Shown: in pieces, positions 28,976 to 42,000 of the stretch | How positions within the stretch are numbered: the first letter of the stretch is position 1 | How the letters are laid out: every line of letters begins with the position of its first letter | Assembly: GCF_021869535.1 (NCBI RefSeq) | Contig: NW_026262626.1 | Span: 36,890,001 to 36,954,000 of the forward strand | Direction: 5' to 3' | Source: Mytilus californianus | Lineage: Eukaryota | Length of the DNA: 64,000 bases | Position numbers and translations under genes: made by a program | Notes under the pieces: generated by a model | What the model was told of the DNA's origin: nothing | What the model saw: only the letters and a program-made list of their open reading frames with translations | Database searches by the model: none

Positions 28976-29987
28976 ATAAAAAGTCCTTGGTACAGAAAGT
29001 ATAGTTTAAAAATAAAAAAACACAAAAGATCTCATTATAAATCGAACATTGTTTCTGTTAGCACTTTCACCGCATCTCCTACGGTTCACCAGACAGAATT
29101 GTTATCGTTAATAGTAACGACTTGTGACGTTACCTAATAGTAACGTCTTGCACTAGTTTGTATATATTACGGAATCATATTCACGGACCGAATTTCACTT
29201 CCTATTTAAAGTCGGATTGTACAGTTCAATAAAATAGTGTTCCTTGGCTTCACGCGGAATTTTATCTTTCTATCTTAAAAAAGGAATATATTTCAAATTT
29301 TCCCTTTCCACATTTGTCAAAGAGTTCAGAACATGGAGAATTCCTAATTGACGGGTCCTTTATCTGCTGTTTGTGAACTCTAACTCTATCAATTAGTCGA
29401 TAAGGTAACGTCACAAGTCGTTACTATTAACGATAACAATTTTGTCTGACGAACCGCTAACAGAAACAATGTTCGATTTATAATGTAATTTTTTGTGTTT
29501 TTTATTTTTAAACTATATATATATTATATTTGCCTTCCGGTTTAATTGATCCGTTCATCCTATTTTGACTCTTCAAAATTCAAGAGTCTATCCTAAATTG
29601 AGGTAAATTATGTGGCCTTCCAATAACCTTTTCGATTCCTAACATCACTGAAGAAACATTAATTGTCGAAATCCGGATATGGTGTACAAAAAATCTTTGC
29701 ACCTTTGTTTGCGGTATACCATCTTTGCCGCAAGTTTATTGTTTTATGTTTGGTATTAAATTTATAGTTAAGATCCATTTATTACACCTTGTGATCCGTT
29801 TATTTGGCAATCGCCAATGGCAGTTAGCAGGGTTTTAGAACATTTGTTGTTCGACTTGTTAGTCAAATGCGTTTTGTTAAAATATACTTTTTCACTTTTT
29901 TGGAAAATGTTTGTGCTGTATTTAGATCCCTCTAACAAGAAATTTGTTTTGCATGCACACGTGTGAACGTTGTTTTCAATTGAGACT

Positions 29988-30061
<74 letters not shown>

Positions 30062-33000
30062 AATCTAGCGCTAGACCACTCTACCACCTAGGCTCTACAA
30101 TAATAAAGCTTTCGGTGGCCGGGTGTTACCTTTCCTCGTCAGTTTTAATCTAGCGTCGTAACACAGTACATGATATATGAGGCATGAAGATGGAATTGTT
30201 ACAGATCAGCTGAATTATCTATTGTAAAGGATCCTACAAATTAATGTAAGATGCATTCAAAGAAATAATGTATATTATAAGTACGTCTGAACCAGTGACG
30301 ACTCTACAACAGATTTTATCCATCGGATCACCAGGGATTGTGATACAAGGCTGAAAACACATTCTGTATATATAATTCGTCTAAATAACTATATATGAAA
30401 ACAACAGTCCGGTATTGTGCTTTGTATTATTACAATATGAATTCGCAATTGGCCAGTTAACAGTACAGGTTTAAAACAAAAGGAACAGTAACTCACACAT
30501 GCATTATATATATTATTCATGTTTATTCTCAGCTAAAATGTGTAGACAAAAATGAAACAAGTATGGGAGGAAAATTGAGTAATTCAATCTTTATTTGTAC
30601 TGCAAACGTCGAACAATGTTTTACTATTTCACTAGAGTAAATTGTATTTGCTAAGAAATACAAATTAATAAAACAAAACTGTAATTATAGAATGCATCAA
30701 ATAGGCATACCAAATGAATTTCTTGGCACTGATGTCCAAAGTAAAAAACTTAAAATTAAAATAAATCAAATGCTACTTGGTGATGTAAGGAAGAAACCGC
30801 TATATATTTATATTACTATCAATTACTTTTTTGCACAAAAGTATCCCGAGAATGTTATCAGTTTGTATAAATCTCCTATTCAAAATATTTCTAATCTTGT
30901 CTGAAAGTTAAATATCAATTAATCTCCTGTGTATTTTCATTAAAGACGCATTAAGGACAAACATTTTTGATACATTGAAAGATTGAAACCGTATTTCAGA
31001 TATTATTACGATATATTTTCGATATTCAACGTTACGGCGAAACAATTTGTTTATTTTTGTAGTTTAAAAAAACCTTTCATGTGTATTACTGCAGTATTCT
31101 AGTGATCGTTAAAGCCAGGAGTATATCGTGTAATTGTTTTTTATCATTTGTTATTGTGAATATGAACTCTGTCGTAAGTCTCTCAATCCGAGTTTTTCCA
31201 ATTTTATAAGTCGTCGTTCTTTTCTAGCATTCAGAACAAAACATGTCGATATAGTCTTTGTCAAATATCAAAGATCGTGATATACTTGACTTTCGTTTGG
31301 AATCGGTTTTGATGGATTATCTGATGCATGCTACATCATACCATTTGAACGTATATGTATTTTATTTAATTTAAGAATATTGAGAACGTCCTGCAGAAGT
31401 GCAACGATAAGATTGCTGGTGACAAGAGGATGGGTAATAATTATTGTTTTTTGTAGTATGATAGATTGAAAACCTTATATATCTTTATATAAACATGAAG
31501 TTATGAAGCGTATTTCATATAAGGAAAAAGGATAAATCTGTTTTTTTTTTTAATATTTTGCATTTTGCTCACATGTTTAATCATTATCACAAACTTATAA
31601 CTATAAATATTCTTGAAAAGATAAAACATTCGATCTCTCATTTACAATGTTTACAAATTTACCAAACATCATAGTTTAAATGTAATTGTTTAGGAGCTCT
31701 TCCATTGGTTTTGTTACTGCATGAAAAAGATGACCAAACAAACATTGATGATAACAAAAATCTCCAAGAAATCCCTGAAGTTTGGAGATTCAGATCTTGG
31801 ATATCAATTGACCATTTGACCCAGATGTTAAATACTAAAGAAAAGACGTGTCCACTACTGCATCTGTTCTTGATGGAGGTACGATAATATCCTAGTTATT
31901 AAAATGGTTGTTTTGTATTTATATTATAACTAAGACTGTTCTGTATATCAATCGTGATTTTTTTCTGAGATTACATTTCTTTCAAAAAGACCAGGACAAA
32001 TAGGTTCCAGAAATAATTGTTTCTGCTATTATTTCTTAACATTTATTTTCTTGAGAAAATAAGAGAACTAGATTATTGCTATTTCCTTAACTTCAACAGG
32101 ATAACTTATTTCAATTAGATATTTCTCTGTATATACGATAAGATAATGTGTATCAGCATATATGAAATTTCTATGGGGCTTATAATGCAAGGCATATGCA
32201 ATTACGACACTGGTTTACCTGTATTATTTTCAAATTATATGTTTGCCCAAAATGTGATCTGTTCAATAACCGTTGGTTGACAGTTATGGAATATATGTCT
32301 CACAGTTGGTGAAGGATATGTCCCAATTGTTGTAACCGCAACTCTGATCTCTATTCCTCGAATGTGACCTACCGAATTAGACCTGTCACCGGATTTAAAC
32401 TTACATGATCAACAAAACGGATGCCAAATGTGGGGCAGAATATGCGTATCCTTCCGGATCACCTAAGATAACCTCTGGTGTCCGATTAGATTCGTGTTGC
32501 TTGGTCCTTAGTTTTCTATGTTGTGTTTTGTAGACTACTGTTCGTTTTTGACTTATCAGGTTGACAATCTCTTTTGTGTCTTCAGCCTTCATTTTTTTAT
32601 GAAAATTCTCTCCAAAATTACGAAATAAGGTACACGGCCAGGTTAAAAGGAATTAATTGTTCGCTTAGGCGACAAAAGATTTTGTTTTTTGTTCTACTAT
32701 TCCATTCCCGTTGAAATAAGGTTAAATTCTGAATTTTACACCATTTGGTATGAATATATTAGCAAAACACATATGATGCCGCAGTTTGTTTTGTTTTTTT
32801 GGAGAATGACATACCTCTTTAATTCTGGACGATTGTAAATAGTATGAATGAAGAACTTCCCTTGCATTAGTTTTTGCATAGAACTATGCAAATTAAAAAG
32901 AGTTTCCTCGAATTTTTTCGCTATATTTACACCATTAACCGATTTTCATTTTCGCTATTTCAATTTGTTTTTCTAATTATCAGAGCAGCAGCAAATTTAT

Positions 33001-36000
33001 TTAATTCTACCTATTAATGTGGATGTAATAACTAGGCAACGCCTGGCATCATAGTTAACTTCTTTTTGAACACCAATTAACTTAAATTGATTGTGATTTA
33101 GAATTTACTTGACTTAAATGTGACAGACGTAGAATAGAACATTATAAAAGTAGTGTGCCCTCTTAGATAGTTTTGGTCACAGTTATGTCAAGGGGTACAT
33201 TTGTATTGAGACCTGACTGGCTTCGTTCTAATATATATATATATACTTTTGTTACAGACCATTTTCTGTATATAAATGCATATGTGATGTTGGCATATGC
33301 TTTGATTGATTTGAAGTGAACTGTAATTTAAAATGATATTCAAACAATTTTAGACAGAATTTTTGTATAATTTAAAATGATCTATTTTAACATTCCTAGT
33401 CATAAACATAAAAATTTAAGTCCGAAGGATTTGACATTAACTCAAACTTTAACCAGGTTTCATCCACCATTTCCTGCATAGGAAAATGCCTGTACCATGC
33501 CAGGAATATGACAGTTGTTATCCATTCGTTTGATGTGTTTGAGCTTTTGATTTTGCCATTTGATTACGGACTTTCCGTTTTGAATTTTCATCGGAGTTCG
33601 GTATTTTTGTTGTTTTACTTTTCACACAAATAATTTTTAAAAAATTTGTAAGTGATCAAACCAATTGCTAACTATTTTTTCTGCATTATATTGTCATACC
33701 TGCGATTATCGTTTTAACTTTTTTGTTTCACTGCTTTTAGGATCATCATCTGAGAGTTCTGCGATTTATACCAAATATTATCAGACTTCAGAAAATGTTG
33801 ATGCAAAAATACAGCCGAAAACTTGATAGAGCCGAAGGAACACTGATAACAATAGAGATTGTAGAACAACAACTGGAACAAGGTTATCTCAAATTATTTT
33901 GCTTTATATAATAATAAAACTTTGCACGCTAGATTGTGAAATCATATCATCTTACAGCTTCTATAAATTTTAGTATAATCTACAATTTGTAATATATATG
34001 AAACAATTTATATTGATCAATGAGCAAACAGGCGGTTATCTTCTGCTTTCTTTTAACTAATTAGCTCCTCTTAATATATGTAATTGTCTGAAGAATTTTG
34101 GAAATATCAATGAAACAGTTGATATGATTTAATAAAATAATCCGTGAAGGGAAGACTAGAAATTTTCAGAATTTAAGAAAACCGATAGCGACAAATAGGA
34201 TACATTTTCTTTAAACTTGTAAATGTTAAGTTTCAAATGTAATGTCTGTCGTCATGGAGTTTGGGCGAGCAATTCAAAGTGTGTCTATTTCATAGCATAT
34301 TTCCATGAGAAAATATCTTAGTATGCCTAAATTTTACCATGGTAATGTGTCAACGAAAATTAATTACACTGACGAGTATGGTATGCATTAAAGGGCAAAC
34401 GATACAGTTACAGGGAAAGGGTGTAATGACGTTACTAACTTAAATGTAATTGTTTTGCGACGTAAAACTGTGACATATCGGTAAAAAATGCATTTTTTCG
34501 ACTGATTTTATCATAAGTTTGAAAACGAGTACATTGACCCCTCTTTTTTAAATTGACATTTGGTTTGATTATGTATGAAAAATGTTTGTAACAATTTTTA
34601 TGGACCGATCATCGATGAATTTTTATTTTGAATTAGATAAATATACAGCAAAAAATGCCGTTTTTTTTCCTCAAATCACGAAGTGTTCATACAAAATGGC
34701 TGATATGCCAATTTTCGGTTTAAAATCACCGTGGGATCAAAACTGTATCGTATGCCCTAAACATTAAACAGATTAAATAGCACACAACCTTATTAATATT
34801 CAACCACACTTGGTCGGTTTTCATGCATCTTTGACAAGGGTTGCCATTTGACCCGTTTTTTTCTAAATAATATTTTCTAGCTTAAAAATACAAAAATAAT
34901 AATAAAGAATCTACAGTGGGATGGGACATCATTTGATAGGGTTTTTTAAAATGATAAATCAATGAACTCAATCCGTTAGCATGTAAAAGATGAACCCGGC
35001 TTCCTCTTCACGATAAGTTCTTGTCCATTTTTAGACTTTTTTCAAAATATTCTTGCTGGAAGTTTTCAACAGACTTCTATTTTATCCTTACGTGGAATTG
35101 GTATCTTTTGAATTAATAAATATGCAAACTTCAAGAACAAAAATGTTTTGTGCCTCAATCAAATCAAATGCTTTGTGACTATTTATCTGGAATTGAAAAG
35201 ATGCATTTAATATTTTATCTCCATACGTTAATCTTGATATACATTAGTATTTAACATACAAACAAATCATATAATTATTCAATTTGTAACATGCGTTGGG
35301 ACCAGCAAACAACTGTTAGATATTTAAAAAACCCAAGTGTAATCGTTTTAGTCCAGTCCATAATAAAGATGCATTTCTATTGTTGAACTTGATATCATTG
35401 TGCAAACGTTTATTCGTGTTATCAGTCTACCTTTCCTACAGGTGCATTGTACTTAACCAAGATTTAGAATTAATCTATACATACAATAGTTAGAAGTCAC
35501 ATTTGAGAGTAGCTTTAATCGGTCTTAAATGTGAATAAACAACGATCTTTTGTCTCTTTTCTGAAATGAGAAATTGTATACCAAATCATATGTGTACTAT
35601 AATTGACTCAATTGTGCTCTAATCAATGCCTTTGCATAAGAAATTTAAATTAAAACTATATTACTGCTATGGTTCAAGCTCTTGTTGAGGAACTGATAGC
35701 ATTGCATGGTGCAAGTGATTCAAAATAAAATATACGAACAGAATTTAAAGGGGGAAATCGACCATGTGTTGTATGAAATAATACAAAAATTAGGAGATGA
35801 GGTGTGATTGCCAATGCAACAACTATCCACCAAAGTTCAAATGCAGTGGATTTAAGCAATTATAGGCAACCGGACGGTCTTCAACAATGAGAAAAATCCA
35901 TACCGTACATTCGGCTATAAGAGTGTTTTAATTATTTTCATTATTATCATTATCACTCCTATCATAACTTTTAGAAAATGTTGTGTTAATATCAAATTTA

Positions 36001-39000
36001 CTGGTTTTTATCAGATGGTAAACTAGAGGAGTTCAAAACCCTTTTGCAAAGCTATACTGAAGCATGGGAAGCTGTCAGGCAATCACTTGAGACATACAGT
36101 ATGTATTTACATGCAATATTATTATTTATCGAAGGAAACATCTTTTTATGCCGTTTTTAGAACCCGGTTGATTCTTTTTGGCTTTGGCCTTTCATCCAAA
36201 AATCAATATGTTTATCATAGATTAAAAAGTTTTAAAACCATAATGTAGTATTTATCTTGTTTTAATTCAAGCAAAAGCGTTTTGATCAGAGTTGGAATGC
36301 TTGATATCTTTTTACAACCTGCAAGTTTCCAACAGATTATAAGCAACGAAAAGGCAATATTCTCTACTTAGATTTGCTTTACTTCTATTTATACATGTAA
36401 TTTTTGAAGAACAAAAAAAGGAGAGCGTATATAGATGATTAAATTATTTTACATTATCTTCAAATGAGACATCACTGATGTAAAATGGTATAAACACACA
36501 AATCCATCCTTTATGATGGGCTTTTGATCAAATTGACATGACAGGGAAACATAAACAAACAGCAACCTTTTTTAAATTTGTCCTGATCACATATCTAGGA
36601 TATCCATGAATGCCAACGATATGAACACATGATTTCGATTAAAAGAATAAAGACCAAAAATATACTTCATATTCGTTATAATATCTACGATTCATGTATA
36701 GGAGAGAATGTTTGTTTTTATCGTCTAAAAATTCCAAAAAAAAATTGCGTAAAAATGACACAGTATAATGTACTCATAATTTCAGCATGCCGGATTAGCA
36801 CTGGAAGAATAAGAGTCAATAAAGCCCATTGCAGAAAGAGGATAGATGGTAAAACACCTGTATCATACCTTTTACCAACCTACAGAGATTCCGGATTATG
36901 TGGTTTTATACTGCTTTGGTTCCTATTAGAAAAGCAAAATACATTCCTGGGCGATTTTTGCAGAGAAAAAGGAGTGTTGTAAGTCAAATGTACAATTAAA
37001 AATGTTTTATTTCATACCCAACATTTATTTAACACATTATTATGTTCCTGTCGGTTTAAGTCCGGTTTGTTCCAACAGTACAGCTTTATATTAATCATGT
37101 TAATGATGAACTAGTTCATACTGTGTTATGATTATTCCTTTTTCATATTTTTCTATATAGACACCACTGAGAAAATAGCTTAAGGTTGAAAATAATTCGA
37201 GCCTAAACATATGTGTGAAAACTCATAATTAACTGATGCAGTGGCCGGTTATGCCAAGAAATTAATTTGAAGACAAAATGATACATATACCTAAGAATGG
37301 ACAAGTTCGTTGTGTCGTTGACTACTTTCAAAAACTATCGAAAGGAACTAGACTTTCACAATTTAGATATTAAATCATTTAAGGACAACTATAAGAAAAC
37401 AATACACTTTATATATATATAACTGAGAGGCTTAAATATGTTCTCTGAGCATTAAAACTATATAAAAATACTTTTATTCAAGACGTTTCGTCCTCTACAT
37501 GTGATTGTGTATTTAATGGAAAAAAAATATGTAAGCAAAAACGTACACAACATTTCTGGTTTTCTAAGCAAGCAAACTATTTTATATGTGTTGTCTTTTC
37601 ACGTATACACGTTTTCGCTAAGTAAATTGGATGAAATAAGTAAGTCACACCGATTTTAAATCTAGACAGGCTTCTCCTCATGCTTTAATGTGCTACACGT
37701 TTTTTTCTCCTCATGCTTCAATGTACTTAGTGTCCTTTTTTTGTTTGGATGTATAATTACCCGATTACCTTCCACTCTGTGTTTTTGTAAGATTTATTTC
37801 TATTTGTATCCATCTGATGAGTTCAGCCTTTTTCAACTGATTTTTATAGTTTTTTCTTATGCTGTGCTGTTACACCACTGTCCCAGGTTAGGGGAGGGTT
37901 GAGAGCTCACAAACATGTTTCGTTTTACCCCGCCCCATTCTTTATGTGCCTGTCCCAAGTCAGGATTCTGTGGTTCAGTGGTTGTCGTTGGTTTATGCCT
38001 GTCATATGTGTTTTTTCGTAAATTGTTGTTAGAAATTAGGCCGTTAGTTTTCTCAATTGAATTCTTTCATATTTTCATGTCAAGGCATCGATCTCGGTAG
38101 ATTATATTTCAGAAATGATTTAATCTAGAATATCTTTAATAAGATTTAAGAGTGGACGTGAAAACTCATCAAATATACCAGACATATAATTTGGTATGCC
38201 AGATGTTTTTTCGTCAAAAGTGAAAAATGAATAAAAAAAGTAGGAAGCTTAAGGCTAAATCAAATACGATTTTTTTTCTACAGGTTAGAAACCCTTAGTG
38301 TTTCGAATAATTCAACAATTCATAAAAAGAAAATTAAAAAAAAATTAAAAAAATCAATTATTTTTATGTCAACACAAAAGGGCTGACTACCGAGCAGGCT
38401 TTATACCCGGTGGAGCATTATTCAAACATCAATCATAGAAATCATAGTTATTTGTCAAAATATAAATATATGAGCAACATCTATCCCAAAAAAAGATACT
38501 CTACACACATAAACTTATTTGTTAAATACATTTTGAAGCAAATTATCTTTTTGGATAAAGCTGTTGATCATACATAAATACTGATGACATGATCACAATG
38601 CAGCTATTTTGTAGTTGTTTCTATTATACAGTCGATTTAGTTTGAATCCCTACTGGTAGTTTATGAAACAAAATGCAAAATATGAATACTTATGTTCGAC
38701 AGACTAATGTTTAATGCATATCTGAAGGATGTCATTTGTAATATTTATACAAGTTTTTGAGTTTTGAATACAAGAGCTAAAGATAGTGGCCTTATCAAAC
38801 ATTCTCCTTTTTATTAGACTACGCATAACATTGGAAAACCCATGTGATAAACAACTGCGAAAATCCAACATCCTTCATCCCCCTCCTGTGAGAGAGTTAC
38901 GTTTATGAAGGATCACATCAATATCATATCAATTGACGAATTATTGAAAGCATTATTATACTAATTTACAATTTTTTGTACTTTTTGCAATGCGACGTGT

Positions 39001-42000
39001 GCCACTTCTTGACCTTGAACTGATCAATTCTCAGCGCACATTTATGTTTTGGGTTGAATTCAATACACAGTTTGTGTTTGTCTGTGTATTGTTTATTAAT
39101 TGTTGATTGCCTTTTGGGTATTTTTTCTATTTTGTCCGTATACGTCTTCAAAACAATGACGGTTAGATCATAGAGGTAAAACAAGTCTTATAAAAAGAAG
39201 ATGTGGTATGATTGCAAATGAGACAACTCCACTAGAGACCAAATGACAAAGGATTTAACAAATATAGGTCACCGTATGACCTTCAACAATTAGCAAAGCC
39301 GATACCGCATAGTCAACTATATGAAGCCCCAGATGGATACATATAACAAAAACACAGAGTGAACGTAGACGTGTACTTATACATCCCGGCAACAAAATGG
39401 CACTAAATACAAATCTGATTGAACTCGCAGTTACTGACAGCTAGTTCAAAGTCAATAACAACTAATAAAAATCATGCATTTAATCTAAAAATAGGGTGAT
39501 GTGATATAATTGCCAATAAGGTAACTATCCACCAAAGTTCAAATGAAGTGGATGTAAGCAATTATAGGCAACCGTACGGCCTTCAACAATGTGAAAAACT
39601 CATACCGTCTGGTCGGCTGACATGAAATGCTCTTTGACGAAAAAAACATCTGGCGTACCAAATTATATGTCTGGTATATTTGATGAGTTTTCACGTCCAC
39701 TCTTAAATCTTATTAAAGATATTCTAGATTAAATCATTTCTGAATTATAATCTGCAGAGGTCGATGCCTTGACATGAAAATATGAAAGAATTCAATTGAG
39801 AAAACAAACGGCCTAATTTATAACAACAATTTACGAAAATTTCTGAAACATAATCTGCAGAGATCGAAAACATGTACTGAATACAAATTGAGCGAAACTT
39901 TTTTTTCTTCTGTAGATACACCAGTTTACCACGGGTTAGTGTAAAAGATATATCAGCAGCGCATTTAATCAGTTATCATCCAGACAAGGACTTATTACCA
40001 ATGGTATTAGCAAACTGCAATTACTCATTTGAAGTGGGTCAGGGAACAAAAGTCGAATATAATTTTAACAACCTTGAAAGACAAGTAATGGATAGATTTT
40101 TGTTCTCCAAATCAGTAATAATCAACTTGAATGAGGTAAGAAATGAAATTCATTTAATTATATTTTGCAATGATATAAATTATGGTTAGTAATTTGTATA
40201 ATTTGCATGGAAACACGGAAAAATATAGTCTTGACGGCAATCTTTTCTTGCTTTAATGATATGTGAATAGAATAATTCAATTGTGTTGTAATACATTAAG
40301 TGATGTTTAAAACTTATTGTGTAGCTTTTACGGTATGTATCATTACAAAGCTTTATGCAATATACATGAAGTAAAATACATTAGAAAAACAAAAGTTGAA
40401 CAATTTGAACAGAACAGTTGAAATAGGACAAACCAAAACCTACCCAATTCTTCAATAAGAGTGTCTTTACAGAAAATTGACCCAGCAATTTTTTTATTGC
40501 ATTTTATTTTGAGGCCTTAACATAACTTTAACGGTACCAATTTTTCTGCACCAGATGCACAATAAATGTCTCTTCAGTGATGCTCGGGACCAAACTATTA
40601 GAAAATAAAAAGCTTATAAAAAAGATGTAAAAGTCAATTGCATGAACAACAAGCGCTTGATGTTGGATAGTGAAATAAATATGTGTTTCAACAACTTAAC
40701 ATAAATTTTGTACCACCCTCTTCACTTTATGGACAGTATGGCTTTCATGATGTACTACCACTCTGATTACAAATTTCAATAACTCCATTAAATGTTAATA
40801 TTTGTTTGTAATTTTGTAGATAGAGATGTTTACTTACAGAGCTGAATATACTAATGGTGTCGTACTGGAATCATTATCCGAACGAATAGATCAAGTATGT
40901 GCAAAAAACAAACAAAGAACTATCAATTTGATTTAACGTCGGTTGTCCTTTCATTTTGTTTTATATTCATAATTACAAAATAGAGAATGGATATGGGGAA
41001 TGTGTCAACGAGACAACAACCCGACTAAAGAGTAACAAACAGCCAAAGGCCACCAAAGGGTCATCAATACAGCCAGAATATCCCGCATCCTGCGGGCTTC
41101 AACTGGCCCCTAAAAAATAATGTATACTTGTTCAGCAAAATAGACGCCAAACTAAACTCCAAAACATACAAATTAACTATAATTTACAAAAATACATACG
41201 ACTAATAAAGGATAGAGGCTCTTGACTTGAAACAGGCGCCAAAATGCACAAAATTGTTCGATAAAAGCGATTTCTCCTTAAAAATAAACTAACTACATTG
41301 TAGTATGTTTCCTCAGTATATAATTTTCCCCTCAGCATCATTATGTTAAGCATGTTTAAATAGTATTTCAGAAAAGAAAATCTCTATGTTTAATATTTAT
41401 CAAGTTTATGTCCATATATTCCGATAAACATGGATTCTGTCTGTATTTCAGATTTTAGTGAAATAATTTAAATTTCTTTTCGATGTAAACACTTATTGCT
41501 TTCGTTCATTCATTCTTGTCTTTCAATAGTTTTAATCTACATTGCTATTCAAAGACGTTGCTCTATTTCATATGAAACTTAATACCTATTGGCATGTTTA
41601 GTAACTTATTATGTTTTATGTATTTATCCCCGCATCATTCTTATAATGCAATCTACATCTATTGGGGGGACTTGTGTATTTGGTTGGTTCTTTTTTTTTC
41701 AGCTTGTGTTTAAAATTACCTTACAATTTGTGTTCTTTTTTAACAAATGCAGAGTGTATAGTTTAATTTTAAAGTATGGAAATAGTTATTTTGTTAATTG
41801 CATTGTGTTGGTACTAGCCAAAGTTCGAGTGCTAAATAAATATGTTTCTTCATGAATGGAGACAAAGACACTTTCTAGCTAATAGTGTGCATTCATACAC
41901 TTTCTTTTTTCGGCATGTGTGCTTCAATTGTACGCAGTGTAATCGAAATCCTGTTTTTTACATTTATTTCCTTATACTAGTATGCAACAATGAAATGTGT

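Noticed and set aside
28831-29025. 64-aa ORF with a YI repeat
   Set aside because: It is a translation of the (TA)n microsatellite.
30533-30640. Possible exon after ttctcag
   Set aside because: It runs into a stop with no good donor; the 31376 exon fits the expected protein and phase.
37814-37850. CTGATGA as another hammerhead core (similar site near 9310-9325 on the minus strand)
   Set aside because: No downstream GAAA or pairing stems; it is part of a family-A repeat.
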